64,000 bases of DNA, taken from NCBI GenBank assembly GCA_013239625.1, contig MU055362.1:2681430-2745429 (forward strand), in the 5' to 3' direction. A program made the translations under genes and the position numbers. Numbering within the stretch: position 1 is the stretch's first letter; each line of letters opens with the position of its first letter. The notes under the pieces are model-generated. The model had not been told where the DNA came from, did no database searches, and worked only from the letters and a program-made list of their open reading frames with translations. The stretch is from Lama guanicoe (lineage: Eukaryota). This document shows, piece after piece, positions 11,981-25,050 of this stretch.

Positions 11981-12989
11981 ACATTAGCCCAGAGGGTAAA
12001 TTCTAGAGCTTGAATTCTGCCCCAAGCCAGCATCACTGGCACCATCTGGGAATGCATCCGAATGCTGATTCCCAGGCCCACTCAGCCCTACTGATTTAAT
12101 TTCTATATTTAATAAGAGCCCTGGGTGATGGATGACTACCTGTTTAAGTTTGAAAGCACTGGTTTGGAGCACACCAGGGAAAGGGACTTAAAGTGGCCTA
12201 AAGGCCCCGGGCTTGGAGTGGGCCATGTCAAGGCCAGGGAGACCATCCCGGAAGAGTAAGCTGGGTAGGATCTTGCTGAAAAGAGATGTCAGTTGGAGAA
12301 AAGTGCTCAAGAGAGAAATAAAGCAGAAGAGGGGTTGGAGAGGGCTGGGGGTGGTGGGGAGACTTTGGGTGGTCAGGGGTGCAGACTCTGTTCTGAGTTC
12401 TTTGTTGTGTCATTTAACCCTCACGCCCCCTGAGAGGGAGGTTCATACCCCTGACCCCCTTGGGTGTTTGGCCCAGCCACACTGAATTCACAGCCAGGGG
12501 GGACTTGAGCAGTTCTGGCCCCATTACCCACTCGGCATGAGCTCAAGTCACGGCTGCAGATGGAAACGGCCATCGCCGCCCCTCCTGGGTCTCCCCTGTA
12601 ATGCTTCCTAGCCCTGCCCCGCGTCATCAGGGCATCTGCCTGACACCCAGTCCTGGAAAGTGTGGCTTTCTTCCCAAAGCCCGAGACCTTTGTGCTTTAC
12701 CTAAGAGGGTGCTGACAATGCAGCGGGCTGGTGTGGGTCGAGGGGCTGGTGGCAGGACAGCTAAAGCCTCCTGCACAGCCCCTCCTTTCATGAGCTGTGG
12801 CCAGGAGGGTGACCTGCTCAGGGTTCCCTGGAGACCACTTGGGGTGGGTGAGGCATGTTGACTCCTGGTCTCACCGCCAGAGCCTAAACTGCCCAGGGAT
12901 GCTGGCTGGCTGGAGCCCAGAGGGAGCACAGTGGTCCTCTGCTTGGCGATCTGTGATGCCAGGTCATAGGAATGTCTGGGTAATAGCAA

Positions 12990-13170
12990 AGGCAGATGTA
13001 GCTGTGGACTCAGGATTAGGGGACCAGGGTCCTAGTTCCAACTCATGCCACTGATAAGCTGTGTGATCTTGGGCAAGTCACTATACTTCTCTGAGTCTCA
13101 GTGTGCTTATGTGTAAAACAGAGATGATAAAAATAGTATCTACCTATTGGGCTGTTTTGAGCATAAACGG
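12990..13170 (+). mobile_element. MIR SINE (best-preserved example; similar cores near 10.9k, 25.5k, 26.5k, 27.1k, 28.7k, 29.7k, 31.3k, 31.9k, 34.7k, 37.7k, 55.2k)
   Basis: MIR core 'agctgtgtgatcttgggcaagtcacta..cttctctgagtctcagt...tgtaaaacagagatgataa'. Confidence 0.8.
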
Positions 13171-14349
13171 TATTAGCTGTCAATAATAAAATCAGTAGTA
13201 ATGGATTTTATCTGCATCATTTTCTGCCTATTAACTCTCTGACTTCCTCTATCTTTGGCTCAGCAGTTTGCTTCAGGGACCATTCCCTGCCTATGGAGAG
13301 GAGTCAGGGTTGTATGAGGAGTAGCTCACCCTAGTTGGAGGAGTTCACAGCTGTCTTCGGGCCTAGGAGGAGGTTACTGGTCTCTACAAGTTAAAAAGCT
13401 TCCAGGCACCACCTGGCCAGGCTTTCCCATCAGCCGCCCCTGGGAGTGTTTGGAAACAGATAGTGGGTATGAGGGTGTTTTGAGAAGCATCTTGTCAAGC
13501 CCAAAAGGGAACATTTACTTCCTTCATACCTTCCAGTCCAGGGCCACATTAGCAGGTGTAGACGATGCTCAGTGGGTACTGAACACAGACGGGCTCAGTC
13601 CAAAACGATTTTAAATACATTCAAGGCGTCATCTTGGACCTGAGCTTGGACCTGGGGATGATTCAGAGCTCTGCCACCTGTCTGGGGTTTCTCAGGCCTC
13701 CATGGTCCAACTGACACAGGCAAAGTCCAGACTCCTCTGTGTGGTGCCCGTGGCCTTCCAGGACCTCCTGGCCCTCAGACCTCCCCATCCTGGCCTCAGG
13801 GGCCCTCCCTTCTCCCAGCAGCAGCTCCTGAGGTGGAGTATGCCGTCTGTGTCTCCCAACCTTTGGGAGAGCTGGTGTCCTTCCCAGCAAGCCGGCTCCA
13901 GCCCCTGTCCTCCTGGCTGACTCCTACGGTGAGTCCACCATGGGGCCTGGGAAGCTCAGGCAGGTCTCCCTGCCCTAGCGGGCCCTTGCCATCAGCTTAC
14001 CACCCTCCTCTGAGAGACTGTGGGCTGCTTGCTTGTTCAGCATCTCTTGTTTCCAGAGTGTTCAAAACTCACAGAGTGAAGGACTATTCCTCCACCTTCA
14101 AAAGCCAAAGGGCTCCCTCCATTTGCTTTCTGGAATTGTTTTTCTCTTGCTGCTTTCCACCAAAATGTCAAGGAGTTCCCATTCCCTCTGGTGAGTGGGG
14201 AGGAAAGGGGATACAAAATCTGGTGTTTGTTTTGCACAAATAGCATGAAGCCAAGCTTAATCAGACCAAGCTTATCAAAATGAGAAAATGTGTCTGAAAC
14301 ACTTATTTCCTCTTGCTGCTCTGTCCCTTCTCCCCTCCCCATCCTCCCA

Positions 14350-14487
14350 GAGCTTCTCCACGGAGCCCCAGACCCAGTGAATCAAAATCTCTTGGGGGCG
14401 GGGGCGGGTGAGACCAGGTCTGGGTTTTTTTTTTTTTTAAGGTGTTCCAGGTGATTCTAATGGCAGCCAAGGCTGAGAGCCACTGCT
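14350..14487. mobile_element. MER5A-like hAT MITE
   Basis: 'cccagacccagtgaatcaaaatctct...ccaggtgattctaatggcagccaaggctgagagccactg'. Confidence 0.75.
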
Positions 14488-14962
14488 TCAGGGTAATTAG
14501 GACTAGAAATCCCAGAGGCCAGAGACACGGAAGGGGAGCAACTGTAGGTACTGTGCTATCAATGAGAGACACTGGCATGTCTCTCTTTCCTTTTTCTTAT
14601 TGTTCCTCACAGTGGTTCCTACTTCAGACCCTAACCTCAGAAGCACAAAATAGCTGCAGCAGCTCCAGGCTTCACATCCCCTCAGCTTTAAATCCTCAGG
14701 AGAGAATGTCCCACTCATGACCAAGCATCTCATTGCTGCTTGCCCTCTTTCTCTCTCTGGTTGGCTTTTCTCTGGTTTTCCTCCTACAAATAAGCTTTCT
14801 CCAGCAAGTGGACTGGTGCAGTTTCAGTTTGGGTGGAGAGTTATAATGGGGGACATGTGAGGGGCTGTGGAAGCATGGAGTGGGGTTACTGGCTGGGAGA
14901 GGAGTCAGTAACAGTTAAGGGGAGGCCTAGAGGAGAGGGTGTTCCCAGCAGAGGGACTAGAA

Positions 14963-15815
14963 TGATTTATAATAAGAAATATACAGTTGGTCTCCGTCCT
15001 GTTCCTGGCACCTCCTAAAACCCTTGGAATTTCTTAAGTGGTAAGAGGATAAAGGTGTCTCTTCTTATTTATAACAAGCCCTTTTCAACCACAGCTGAGT
15101 TTATGTTAATGAGGGGCCTTTTGGAAAGCCCCTAAGGATGAGGAGGGGCTGGTTGCCAGGGGAACCAACCATGTGATCAGAGAGTTGAAACTTTGAGTCT
15201 CCCCACCACACCCTATCCTTGGGAGGGAAGAGGGGGCTGAAGGTTGAATCATTCACCAATGGCCAATGACAATCAATCATGCCTATGTAACGAAGCCTCC
15301 ATAAAAATCCTAAATGACAGGGTTCTGAGAGCTTCAGTGTTGGTGAACAAGAACACATCATGTGCCAGAGGGGGGGCACGCCCCAAATCCCCTGGGACAG
15401 AAGCTCCTGTGCCTGGGACCCTTTTGGACCTCACCCTATGACTCTTTATCTGGCTGTTTGTTCGTAGCCTTCAGTATCCTTCGTAATAAACCAATAATCT
15501 AGTAAATAAACTGTTTCCCTGAGCTGTGGGAACCTCCTATTTACATCTGGTCTGTTACATCTGGGTAACAACCTGGATGTGTAAGTGGTTTCTGAAGCGG
15601 GGGGCAGTCTTGTGGGACTGAGCCCTTAACCTATGGAATGTGATGCTCTCTCCAGATAGATTGTGTCAGAATTGAGTTAAATTGTAGGACATCCAGCTGG
15701 TGTTGCAGGATTCCTTGGTGTGGAGAACCACCTGTGACATTGTCAGAAGTGTCCCCAGTGTGACGTGTGCTTTGAGTATTGAGAGTGGACAGAACCCAGG
15801 GGTGTTTCCTATGCA
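14963..15815 (+). mobile_element. MER21-like LTR
   Basis: Begins 'tgatttataataagaaatata..ttggtct...ttcctggcac..cctaaaacccttggaatttc'; contains 'ggctggttgccaggggaaccaaccatgtgat' and 'gtcagaattgagttaaattgtaggaca'. Confidence 0.8.
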
Positions 15816-16089
15816 GGAGGTCATACATGTACATAGCTTAAAAAGATAAGTGGTTTAAAAAGCTAAACATTAAATAGTGCTGTGTGAAGCTTCTGATGTA
15901 AAAACTGCAAAACTGTCCCCCATCCCGCTGCTCAGTGGTAATGATTTTTCTGTTCTTCTAGAAATGTCTTCTGGCTTCTACTTCCATTTCCAGTGTTTAC
16001 GCTGCTCTTTTTTGATTTTTCCATTTTAGGCACTCGTGACTTCCTCCTCTGGAAGATGGGGATTTAACATTCTTGCACCTCCCCTGCCC

Positions 16090-16660
16090 TGGTAGGCCGA
16101 ATTCTGCACCACGCCCCCAACACACACACAGATGCCCCTGCCCTAATCTCCCAAACCTGTGAATGTTACCTTATATGGCAAAAGAGACTTTGCAAATGTG
16201 GTTAAAGTTAAGAACCTTGAAATGGGGAGCTTATCCTGGATTATCTGAGTGGGCTTGATCTAATCACGAGTCCTTAAAAGTGAAAGGCAGTGGAGTAGGT
16301 CAGAGATGTGACAAAGGAAGATGAGGTAGGAGACTGTGGAAGCCCCAGTGCTGGCTTCGAAGGTGGAGGAAAGGGATCAGGAGTCAAGGGACGTGGGTGC
16401 CTCCAGGACGTGGGACTGTCCTCCACCGACAAACGGCAAGGAAACTGGAGCCTCAGTTCTACCGGTGGCAGAGATCTGAATTCTGCCAACAACCTGAGTG
16501 GGCAAGGGGATGGATTGTCCCTGGAGCTCCTTCTGCCCACACCTTGACTTTAGCCCAGTGAGACCCATGTCTGACTTAGGACCCACGAGTGTGAGGTTAA
16601 TAAATTTCCATTGCATCAAGCTACCAAGTTCGTGCAGCAAATTGCATCGATGGAAAACAC
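16090..16660 (+). mobile_element. MLT1D/E-like LTR, flanked by old L1ME-like fragments (about 15820-16080 and 16660-16890)
   Basis: 'acctgtgaatgttaccttatatggcaaaagagactttgca', 'ctgaattctgccaacaacctgagtg', 'cagtgagacccatgtctgact'. Confidence 0.85.
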
Positions 16661-17460
16661 ACCTCCCACTTTGACACACATACTTCCTCATCCCCTTTCC
16701 TTCTGATATATTTGTAACTTAAAACTCAAAATCCAATGTTTACATAAGATTAAACATTGTTTCCAGCCAATCCATGTAGCATACCATAATTACATTTTTT
16801 CTTTTATTTTGGGGTTTTCCCTGGAGTTAACAATTGCCTTTTTTGTTTGCTTAATTTCCCGTCTATTTATGAATTCAGCCCTAAATATTTGGTAACACTC
16901 TATCCGTCAGGTGCTTAGTTGCAAAAAAGCAGAACACCCTCTAGCTAGAAGAATTTGCTACAGGATGTTCACTGGCTCCAGACTCAGGCTTGGAGACGTC
17001 ACACCCAGGGCCAGTGCTCAGACCACAGGGCTGGATGTCAGGGATGCGAGCCCTTTACCCTGCTGTCCCGGAAGGTTAGATGCCTTCTCTGCTAGCGTCT
17101 CTTGACGAGCAGGTGTCTTTCATTGATGTCTGATTCTTAATTGTTTTTTCCGGAAATGAAATCTCACGTGCATCCACTGATTGGCGTGGCTAAGGTCCCA
17201 TGCGCTCATCCTAGCTGCAGGGGTAGGCTGGGAAAGCTCCAAGTTCACCTGGATTAATTGCTCTCTAGATCTGCTGCATCCCGGAATCTCCCCACAACAC
17301 CTTTCTGGGTATTTTCCTTGCCTCTCTCCTGTACTGGACTCTCTGCTTTCTGGATTCCATGTCTTCCTCTTGCTGATTTTAGTGGAGTATCTCCAGTTGG
17401 ATCCTCTAAGTGAATAAATAGGCTTGTCTGCAGGCTTCACTTTTTCAGTATTTGTTATTT

Positions 17461-17636
17461 CAGTGGTTTTCAGTTTTTGCTGCACATTAGAAGCACCGGG
17501 GGAGCTTTTACAACTAGGATATGTGACTTCTCCCTAACGAATTAAATCAAACTTTGGAGGGCGGGGCTCTGGGAATGGTAATTTTTAAGGCTCCTCAGGG
17601 AATTCTAATTGCCAGGCACACTTGAGAGACCTACTG
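17461..17636. mobile_element. MER5-like hAT MITE
   Basis: CAGTGGTTTTCA...CTACTG termini; internal 'gctgcacattagaa', 'aattaaatca'. Confidence 0.7.
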
Positions 17637-19487
17637 TACGGTGATTTAGTTCAGCTGTGTTGAGAAACAATAATAGCAGAAATGTAAGCAGATTCTGTAA
17701 ACTTGTAATCATACACATCAAACGCTGTATACTATGTCCCCCCTCTACAGCAGAAATGGTGGGAAATAATATAGAGTGGGAGCAGGAAATTGTGTTTTCT
17801 CTGACGGATGTTAAATTCTAAGTTAAATATCCCTGAAAGGAAAGCAGGGAAAACATTTTTTACGGGTCTGTCATTCGTCCTTTGAGGACACAAGACAACC
17901 GTGTCAGCACCCAGAGCTCTTTTCTCTTGAGTTGGTCAGACTCCCCCATGAAGAATTTTCCATTTTCCTGCCCCCCCCCCTTTTTGGCCCGCATCCTGAG
18001 ATATGAGCCGGGGAAGAAGACTGTGGGTCTGGATAGCTGACATGTAAGCTTTGGCTTAATTTCCTGTGTTCGGCACCGGTCCTCCATCCCCATCGGTCCT
18101 TGATGCCCCCCAGGGTAGAGATCCTGTTTTCCTTTCTCCAGAGAGTCAGCTCCCAGTCTTCCACGGGGGCAGAAGGGCCACTGGGTCGACTACAAGGAGT
18201 GTGAGGGGTAATGAGGGTCCACCTGGTCCTTAGGTTCATCTCATCATCATCCTCTTGACCCCACTTTGAGCCCTTCTGCCAGGTGCCTGGTGCTGCTGAT
18301 GCCTGGATGGGGTTCTTCCGTGGAAACCAGGTGGGGTCCAGTGCTCTACTTGGCTTTCTCAGTTCTACTCCCTCTGCTTCCTCTCCCTCATCCATCTGCT
18401 TCCTATCTTCCCAAATTTTGTTCCTGCTATTTCTCATTCTTTTTGTTCTTGTGGGCTTATTCCTTTAAAGAATCCCTTTGCTGTGGTTTTAATGGGATGG
18501 TGGGGGTGGGAGGGTGGTGGGGGGAGGAACCACAAGTGAATGTGTTCCACTTATCACCTTTCATCAGACGTTTTCACCATCACCATAATAAGAATTTATT
18601 GTTCACTTTGTGCGAACAGGTGAGTTATTTTAACTTTAGGGGATGGCTAGTTTAATGATTGCAAAGTTAACTTTTCAGGTGTAATTCATTTCCCACGAAG
18701 CACAGATTTCACTGTGAACAAAATGATCTTCTGGAACCTTCCAGGGTGATGGGCTGTGTGAGAGGAAAGGCTCAGTGTTGAACGTTGATGGGACAAACTT
18801 TTTTTTTTTTTAAAGAGACAGCTTGGTTCCTGTTTTGCACAGAAATGTGATGGAATGTATCAGAGATGCCACCGGAGTGGCGAGCTCAGGGATTTACGCT
18901 GTACTTCTTGCTTCGTGTGGGTTTCCGTTCACAGTTGCTGCTGGAGTGTGTTCTACGGACTTTCTTTCCTGAGAGCTAGACTTGTGCATTTGATTTTGTT
19001 TGGACAGACACATTTCTCCCTTTGTTGCCAAATGTCAGGATTTGTAAAGTTGAACTCTGAGCTGTGGTCTGAAATAAAAGAAGTCAGGGTTTCTGGGTAT
19101 TGGATTTCCAGGGAGCTGTCTTGAAATAGGGATCCATGTGGTTCTATTTTTGACTGAGTGGTTCAAGCAGGAGTTAGAGGTGAGGTAGGGCTGTTGTCTG
19201 TGTGGCTCCTGTCTGCTGGCCGGGGAAGGGGAGGCACAGCTGTGGCCAGGTTGAGGACCAGGTTACTTGAGTGAGACCCCAGACAGCAGGTGGGGAAGGA
19301 GGCGTCCGGAAATCCGGACTCTTGGCTGCAGGCAGGTTGCCAGCTCCAGTGAACTTGTGACGAACCATTTCAATGTTTTATCCTCCCTAAGGTGGAGGCA
19401 GCTCTGGGGAGTAGAAAGAGGCCATATTACAAGGAAGAAAGCCAGACCTTGCTAGTTACGAGAGCCTCCCGCCTCCCGCTAACTCTG

Positions 19488-19675
19488 CAGGGGTTGGCAA
19501 ACTTCCTGTTCGGGGCCAGACAGCAAACATCTTAGGCTTTGTGAGCTATGCAGTTGCTGTTGCGTGTTTTCTCTTTGTTTTGTTTTTGTTTTCTGCATCT
19601 CTTTAAAAATGAAAAATCATTCTTAGCTTGCTGGCTTACAAAAGACTTGAGGGCAGGATTTGGCCCACTGGCTAT
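19488..19675. mobile_element. MER58-like hAT-Charlie MITE
   Basis: 'caggggttggcaaactt...gggccagacagcaaacatcttaggctttg...ggatttggccc'. Confidence 0.65.
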
Positions 19676-19994
19676 CTTTTATAAAGCCCTGAATCACATC
19701 ACTCTGTTTACTTCTCTCATAAAACCTCCCAGAATTTGAATTATTTAATTTTCTCTTTTCTCTACTAGTATATGAACTCCTCAAGGGCCAAGGTCGTGGC
19801 TACTTTATTCTCTGCTCTGTCTTTAAGGCCTTGGGCAGTGCCTGTCACAGAGGGGGCATCCCACATTGACCGAATGATTAAATGCATTATAATTTCTAAT
19901 TTCATCTCTGGTAGCACATCTGTAAAACAAGGGACGTGACCTGGGTGGTCTTGGAGGGACCTTCCAGAGTTCAAGTTCTGAGGTTCTACTTCAC

Positions 19995-20325
19995 CCAGCC
20001 CTGTGGGACTTGGGCTCATGTTATAGCTGTATGTGGATTCTCCAGCCATCTCAGCCTGCTCCTGTGTGCAGGCTAGAGGCCAGGTCCTTGGAACTGGCTC
20101 TTGCCTCTCACCTACCTCCTTCCACAACATCGGGTCCATCTTGTTTATGCACAAAGAGAGATTTTTCTGTAAAAACAAGCCTGGTCCTATCCATCTGCTG
20201 TTGATAATTTGCTGCTCCAGCCCTTGTCCAACAGACATGACAGTCAAATTGTTTAACAACCGGTACAAGCACAGGCGCTGACCAATGAGGACAGATGCTG
20301 GATGCAAACCGTTGGAACTGCCCTG
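19995..20325. mobile_element. Old hAT non-autonomous element (Arthur1-like, tentative)
   Basis: End 'tttaacaaccggtac...ctgaccaat.aggacagatgctgg..aaaccgttggaactgccctg' resembles a recalled hAT-Tip100 terminus. Confidence 0.4.
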
Positions 20326-20379
20326 GTGATGTCTCAGAACAGCCTGCAGCTGTTCTCTCTGCCCACTTCCTCAGCCTTG

Positions 20380-20690
20380 CTCCATTCTCCACCCAGGCAT
20401 GAGCGTTCCACCCTGCCCTTCTTTGTTCATGCTATTCCTTGCACCTGGAGTGATGTTCCCTGAGTTGCTTCTCTTTTGCCTGGCCAACTCCAGTGCATCC
20501 TCTACAACCCAACTCGGCTGTCGGCTCCTCTGTCTCCAGGCACACTTAGCTGCTCCCTTCTCTGCTTTCCCCATAGCCCTTCTATGGCATCATTGCCATT
20601 GACTTGGGTTTGTCTCCCCTCTGGCCTTGGTTCTCAATGCCTGACTCCTAAAAGCCTCAATAAATATTTACAGAATGAGAGGGATTGAAA
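20380..20690 (+). mobile_element. L2 3' fragment (other L2 pieces near 19.8k, 25.1k, 31.6k, 36.8k)
   Basis: Pyrimidine-rich 'tgttcatgctattccttgcacctgga' ending 'ctcaataaatatttacagaatga'. Confidence 0.65.
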
Positions 20691-23204
20691 TCAGAAGAAT
20701 GAAACTCCTATGGAGGATTTCAGGGACTGTGAATCCTCTCCTGAGTTTAGACACTCGGCTTCCTCCCTGTGGCAAGGGGGCGTTTTTGTGAGGCTCTTGC
20801 ACACATTGAGTGAATTGCACTGCAGCGCTGGGCAGCTGGTCCTTTAAGAACTGGTACCTGTCCTAAGGGTGCCCAGGACGCTGCAGGAGGCGGGCCATCT
20901 GAGGCTGAGGGGTGGGCATAGCCTTGTACCAGGAGTCCTCTTCCCTCTCTGGGCCCTGGTTCCCTCTCTTTCCCTATGAAGGGATCATTAGATTCCCTCT
21001 GAGGTCCCTTCCAGAGGTAAAGCATCACAGATTCCATTAAAGAAGTGTTGGATTATCAAACACTGTCCATTCTTTAAAGGCCTCCTCCTCTGGGAAGTCT
21101 CCCAGATGCCAGGTCAGAATCCCTCCACCGCACATTGTAATTCTACAACAACAACTGATACAAGCACAGGCGCTGACCAGTCAGGACAGATGCTGGTCTA
21201 GGTCCTGGTTGTTTAGGGCCCTGATGCCTGGTTTCGGTGTGGCCTGGGTAACCTTTCAGTCCATGTTTGCTGACTGCATATGCTTTCTTCTAGGATGCAA
21301 GAAGCCAGAGGCTGAGGATGGCTCCAGCTCTGCCTCGGGGCTGGCTGTTGGCCAAAGGGGCTGAGCCAGGCAGGGAGTGGAGAGGAGGATTTGGGGGATG
21401 CCTCCCCTCTGCCCCCACCTCTGGCCACTCAGGCTTGTGTTTCTCTTTCCCAGGCTCACTCCCTCCCCGCCTGGCCTCTTGGCCACCGCCCTCGGGTTCC
21501 ATGAACTTGGCAGGGAAAGGGGGAATTTTCTGAAGGTGTGACAGCTTAACCAGACAACTGCTTAGCAGACACACTGTAGATATAAATGGTGTGCACAGTG
21601 TGTACGCTCTGGTCCCTTCCCTGGAGGCCCAGAACTGGCTTGGCAAACCGGACCAGCATCCGAAGAACAGCTGTGTTTATGGCAGCTCAAGGAAGGAGGC
21701 TACAGTCTTCCGGGGGAATTTCTGGAGAAGGTGGGGAGATCATTTAGGTCTTGGCAGGGAACAGAGGGGACCCCTGAGTGGGGTCCCTGAGGAGAGAGAG
21801 CTCAGGGATTGCTCACAAAGGGGAGACTGGGGATGAAGGTAATCCCCGTGGGATGGGGTGTTTACCACCCCTGGCTGGAAGGTTCAGGGGCAGGGAGTGG
21901 TGTCAGCCTGAAGGCAGAGCGGGCCACCCTGCCTAGAACTGTCAGCCAGAGGGGAGGACCTAGGCCCTGCTAATCTGTGGCTGAGGCCTCAATTCTCCCA
22001 CCGCTGTCTTCTCTCACGTCCCAGCCTCTTGCTGGGAACTTTCATTGGACGAGTCCAGCTGGAAGCTGAGAGGCTGGGTGGGGAGGCAGAGGAGGATATC
22101 CCTGCAGCGGGCTCCAGTGGATCCCGGCCTGCAGTTCCCTCAGAGCAGGGTCTGGTACAGAGCACGGCAGGCTGTTTTCATGATCACACCGCTTCTGTTT
22201 AATCAGAAAATTTGCCAGGCCCGGAACTCGGTGTGTGGCTTTATTTCCAACTGGATGCCTCCTTTGCTCTAAAAGTAAAGCATCTGAACAGCCCGCGTTT
22301 GGAGTAATTGCTCCTTCTGCTCCTTTTCTCTGACCTTGAAAGAGCCGTTTTCCAGGACCATCGCTAATGGACCTTCACACAATGACAATAAAATATCCTG
22401 GTGCTCAGAGAAAAGGAAGGAGAAGCCACCTTGACTCCTCGTGTTCTCCAGTATCGTGTTACGAAATGGCCAAGGTGATGACTCACCCGCTGCACGCTGT
22501 GCCTTGGCCGCCATTGGCTGGGTCCCTTGGATGTTGGAAACGGCACTGTTTTTCAAAGTCCTTTACCATTTGTGCAAAACCCATCTTCCTCCATTGAGTA
22601 ATGAGTAATGACCAAGAGTTGACTCACTGGGAAGGTCCACTAGACACAAAGCATAGAGAGCTGAGGGCACGTCCGGCTCATCCACATCCCGAGTGGGGCG
22701 GCTCCTGCCAGTGGACGCCTTTGCAACTTTCTGAGTTTTCTGAGACCTGAAAGATGCCTTTAACTGGGAGACTGGATCTGGGCGCTCTCAACAATATTTG
22801 GTCTTTTTCTGCACTTCCAGCATGTAGCCCACCTCAGAGCTCATTGCCTGTCCAGAGGGCCTGCTATTTGGATCCCCAGAGGTTCCTGCTTGTCCCCTCC
22901 TCTTGGCTGGTGGGTGGAAATGAACCCTTGTGCAGGACAGACCTCGAACCCAACCCAGGAGTGAGGGATTGGTGGCCCTGGAAGTTGTCTGACTGCTCTC
23001 TGGCAGTCACAGGAGGCTTCCTTGGAATGGGGATGACCCACTGGGGAGTGCCCAGCAGGGTCGTGAGCTGCCTCTGACCCAGATCTCCAGACGGTGCAGG
23101 TTATGGAGTTCTTGTGGGGTCTTTGATCTATATTTTGGCAGAAAACTGTGTTCAGAAAGCCAAGCTGTGGTGGGGGAGCCTCCTGCTGCATTCTGAGCTG
23201 GTCC

Positions 23205-23620
23205 CTGGCTTCTGGACAGTTTCGTAGGTCAGGTGTTTGACACAAGTCTCACTGAGCTACAATCAGGGTGTCGGCAGGCCTGCTTTGCTTCTGGAGGCTC
23301 TGGGGAGAAGCCTCTAGAGGCTACCTGCCTTCCTTGGCTTGTGGCCCCTTCCTCCATCTTCAAAGCCGGTGCGTTGAGTCTCTCACTTGGTACCTCTTCT
23401 GCCACTTCTTTCTTTATCGCATCTCTGACCCACTCTGCCTCTTCCACCTTTTCAGGACTCATGTGCTTAGACTGGGCCCATCTGGACAATCTACCCATCT
23501 AAAGGTCCTTAACCTTATTCACATCTGTAAATCCTGTGGCTGTTTTAGGTAACATAGTCTCAGGTTCTGGGGATTAGGGCCTGGACATCTTTGCGGAGGG
23601 GCCATTATTCTCCCTACCAC
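23205..23620 (-). mobile_element. MLT1C/D-like LTR
   Basis: 'tctggaggctctggggagaa', 'tccttggcttgtggcccc', 'gtaacatagtctcaggttctggggattaggg', 'ccattattctccctaccac'. Confidence 0.8.
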
Positions 23621-24191
23621 TCCACCCTACTCTGAGGCTTGGGGCTTGAGCCATGGCAGCTTTCCTGTGTTAGAAAGGCACCTCTTCCCTGGAGCCCTCC
23701 TTGACTGCACCAAGCAGAGGCGGCTGCTCTGTACTCTGCACTCCCACGACCCCAGGTGCTCTTTGTCATGCTTGTGTGATAATGCTAATGGTACGTCTCC
23801 CTCCCTAACTGAGAACATGTGGGCAGTGGCCTGACCTGTCTGGATCCCTGGTGTCTGGGGGTGGCGAGTAAGCACACAGGGCTGGCCCGGGGAGCAACTT
23901 CACAAGCTGCTGGGCAGGATGGAGAGCTTCCCCAGGGGCCCAGCAGGAGCAGACAATACCTGCCGTAAGCACATTTCCACTGATCCTTTTCTTCGATCCT
24001 GGGACATCTTGGCAGCAAGGTGAAGCATGGATCAGAATCCCCGTTTTGGGGAGAAAATAGAGGCTCTGAGAGGCGAAGTGACTGCCTGGGCCCCTGGGGA
24101 AGTGACGGAGCAGAATTCTAACGTAGGCCTCCTCACCTGCTCTCATTCTCTGCCCCATCTCGCTCGGTTACTCTTTATTCCTCAAACCACT

Positions 24192-24656
24192 TGTTATGGG
24201 TTGAATTGTTGTCCCCACAGATTTAGACATTCAAGTCCTAATTGCTGATGCCTTAGAACGTGACCTTATCTGGGAATAAGACCACTGCCAAAGTGATGAG
24301 TTAAGATGAGGTCATACTGGAGGAGCGCAGGCCTCTAATCCGGTGTGACCGAGGTCCTTATAAAAGGGGGAACTTTGGAAAAAGACACATGCACGGAGAA
24401 GGCCATGTGCAGAGGAAGGCAGGGGCTGGGATGACGCTTCTACAAGCCAAGGAACACGAAAGATGGCCAGCAAGCCACCGGCAGCCAGGAGAGAGGCCGG
24501 GAGCAGATTCTGTCTCATGTTCATCCAGAAGGAACCAAACCTTGTGACACCTTGGTCTGAGACTCCTGGCCCCCAGAGCTGTGAGACGGTGCACTCCTGT
24601 GGTTTAAGCCACCCAGTTTGTAGTTCTCTGTTTCAGCTGCCCCAGGAACTAAGACA
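24192..24656 (+). mobile_element. MLT1B/C solo LTR
   Basis: Starts TGTTATGGGTTGAATTG; 'gttaagatgaggtcatactgga'; ends 'ggaactaagaCA'. Confidence 0.85.
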
Positions 24657-24774
24657 CTGCCGGCAGATGAAGGCCCAGTCCTCGGAGGTTTGTGAAGCCT
24701 AGCTGAGCTGGCCCCTCCCGGTCCCCCTCCCTCCCGCCCTCCATCCCCTCTAACCACACCGGCCTTCCATGTAT

Positions 24775-25050
24775 TCCAAGTTACAGCTTTTTTGGGATGT
24801 AATGGACATACGATGGGCTGTACGTAAAGTGCGCAATTTGATGAGTTTTGAGCTCTGTATGTACACGTGACACTGTCACCACTAACAAGGTAATGGACAG
24901 ATCAGTCACCTGGTGATCTCTCAGCCCTGCCCCACCTCTCAGCCCAGGCAACAACTGTCACTATAGATTAGTTTGCGTTTTCTAGAATTTTACATAAATG
25001 GACTCTTTCAGTAAGTATTCTTTGTGTTTTGCACACTGGGCTTTTTCCAG
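24775..25050 (-). mobile_element. L1MB/ME-like 3' UTR fragment
   Basis: 'caatttgatgagttttga', 'tgtcactatagattagtttgc.ttttctagaattttacataaatgga'. Confidence 0.7.
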
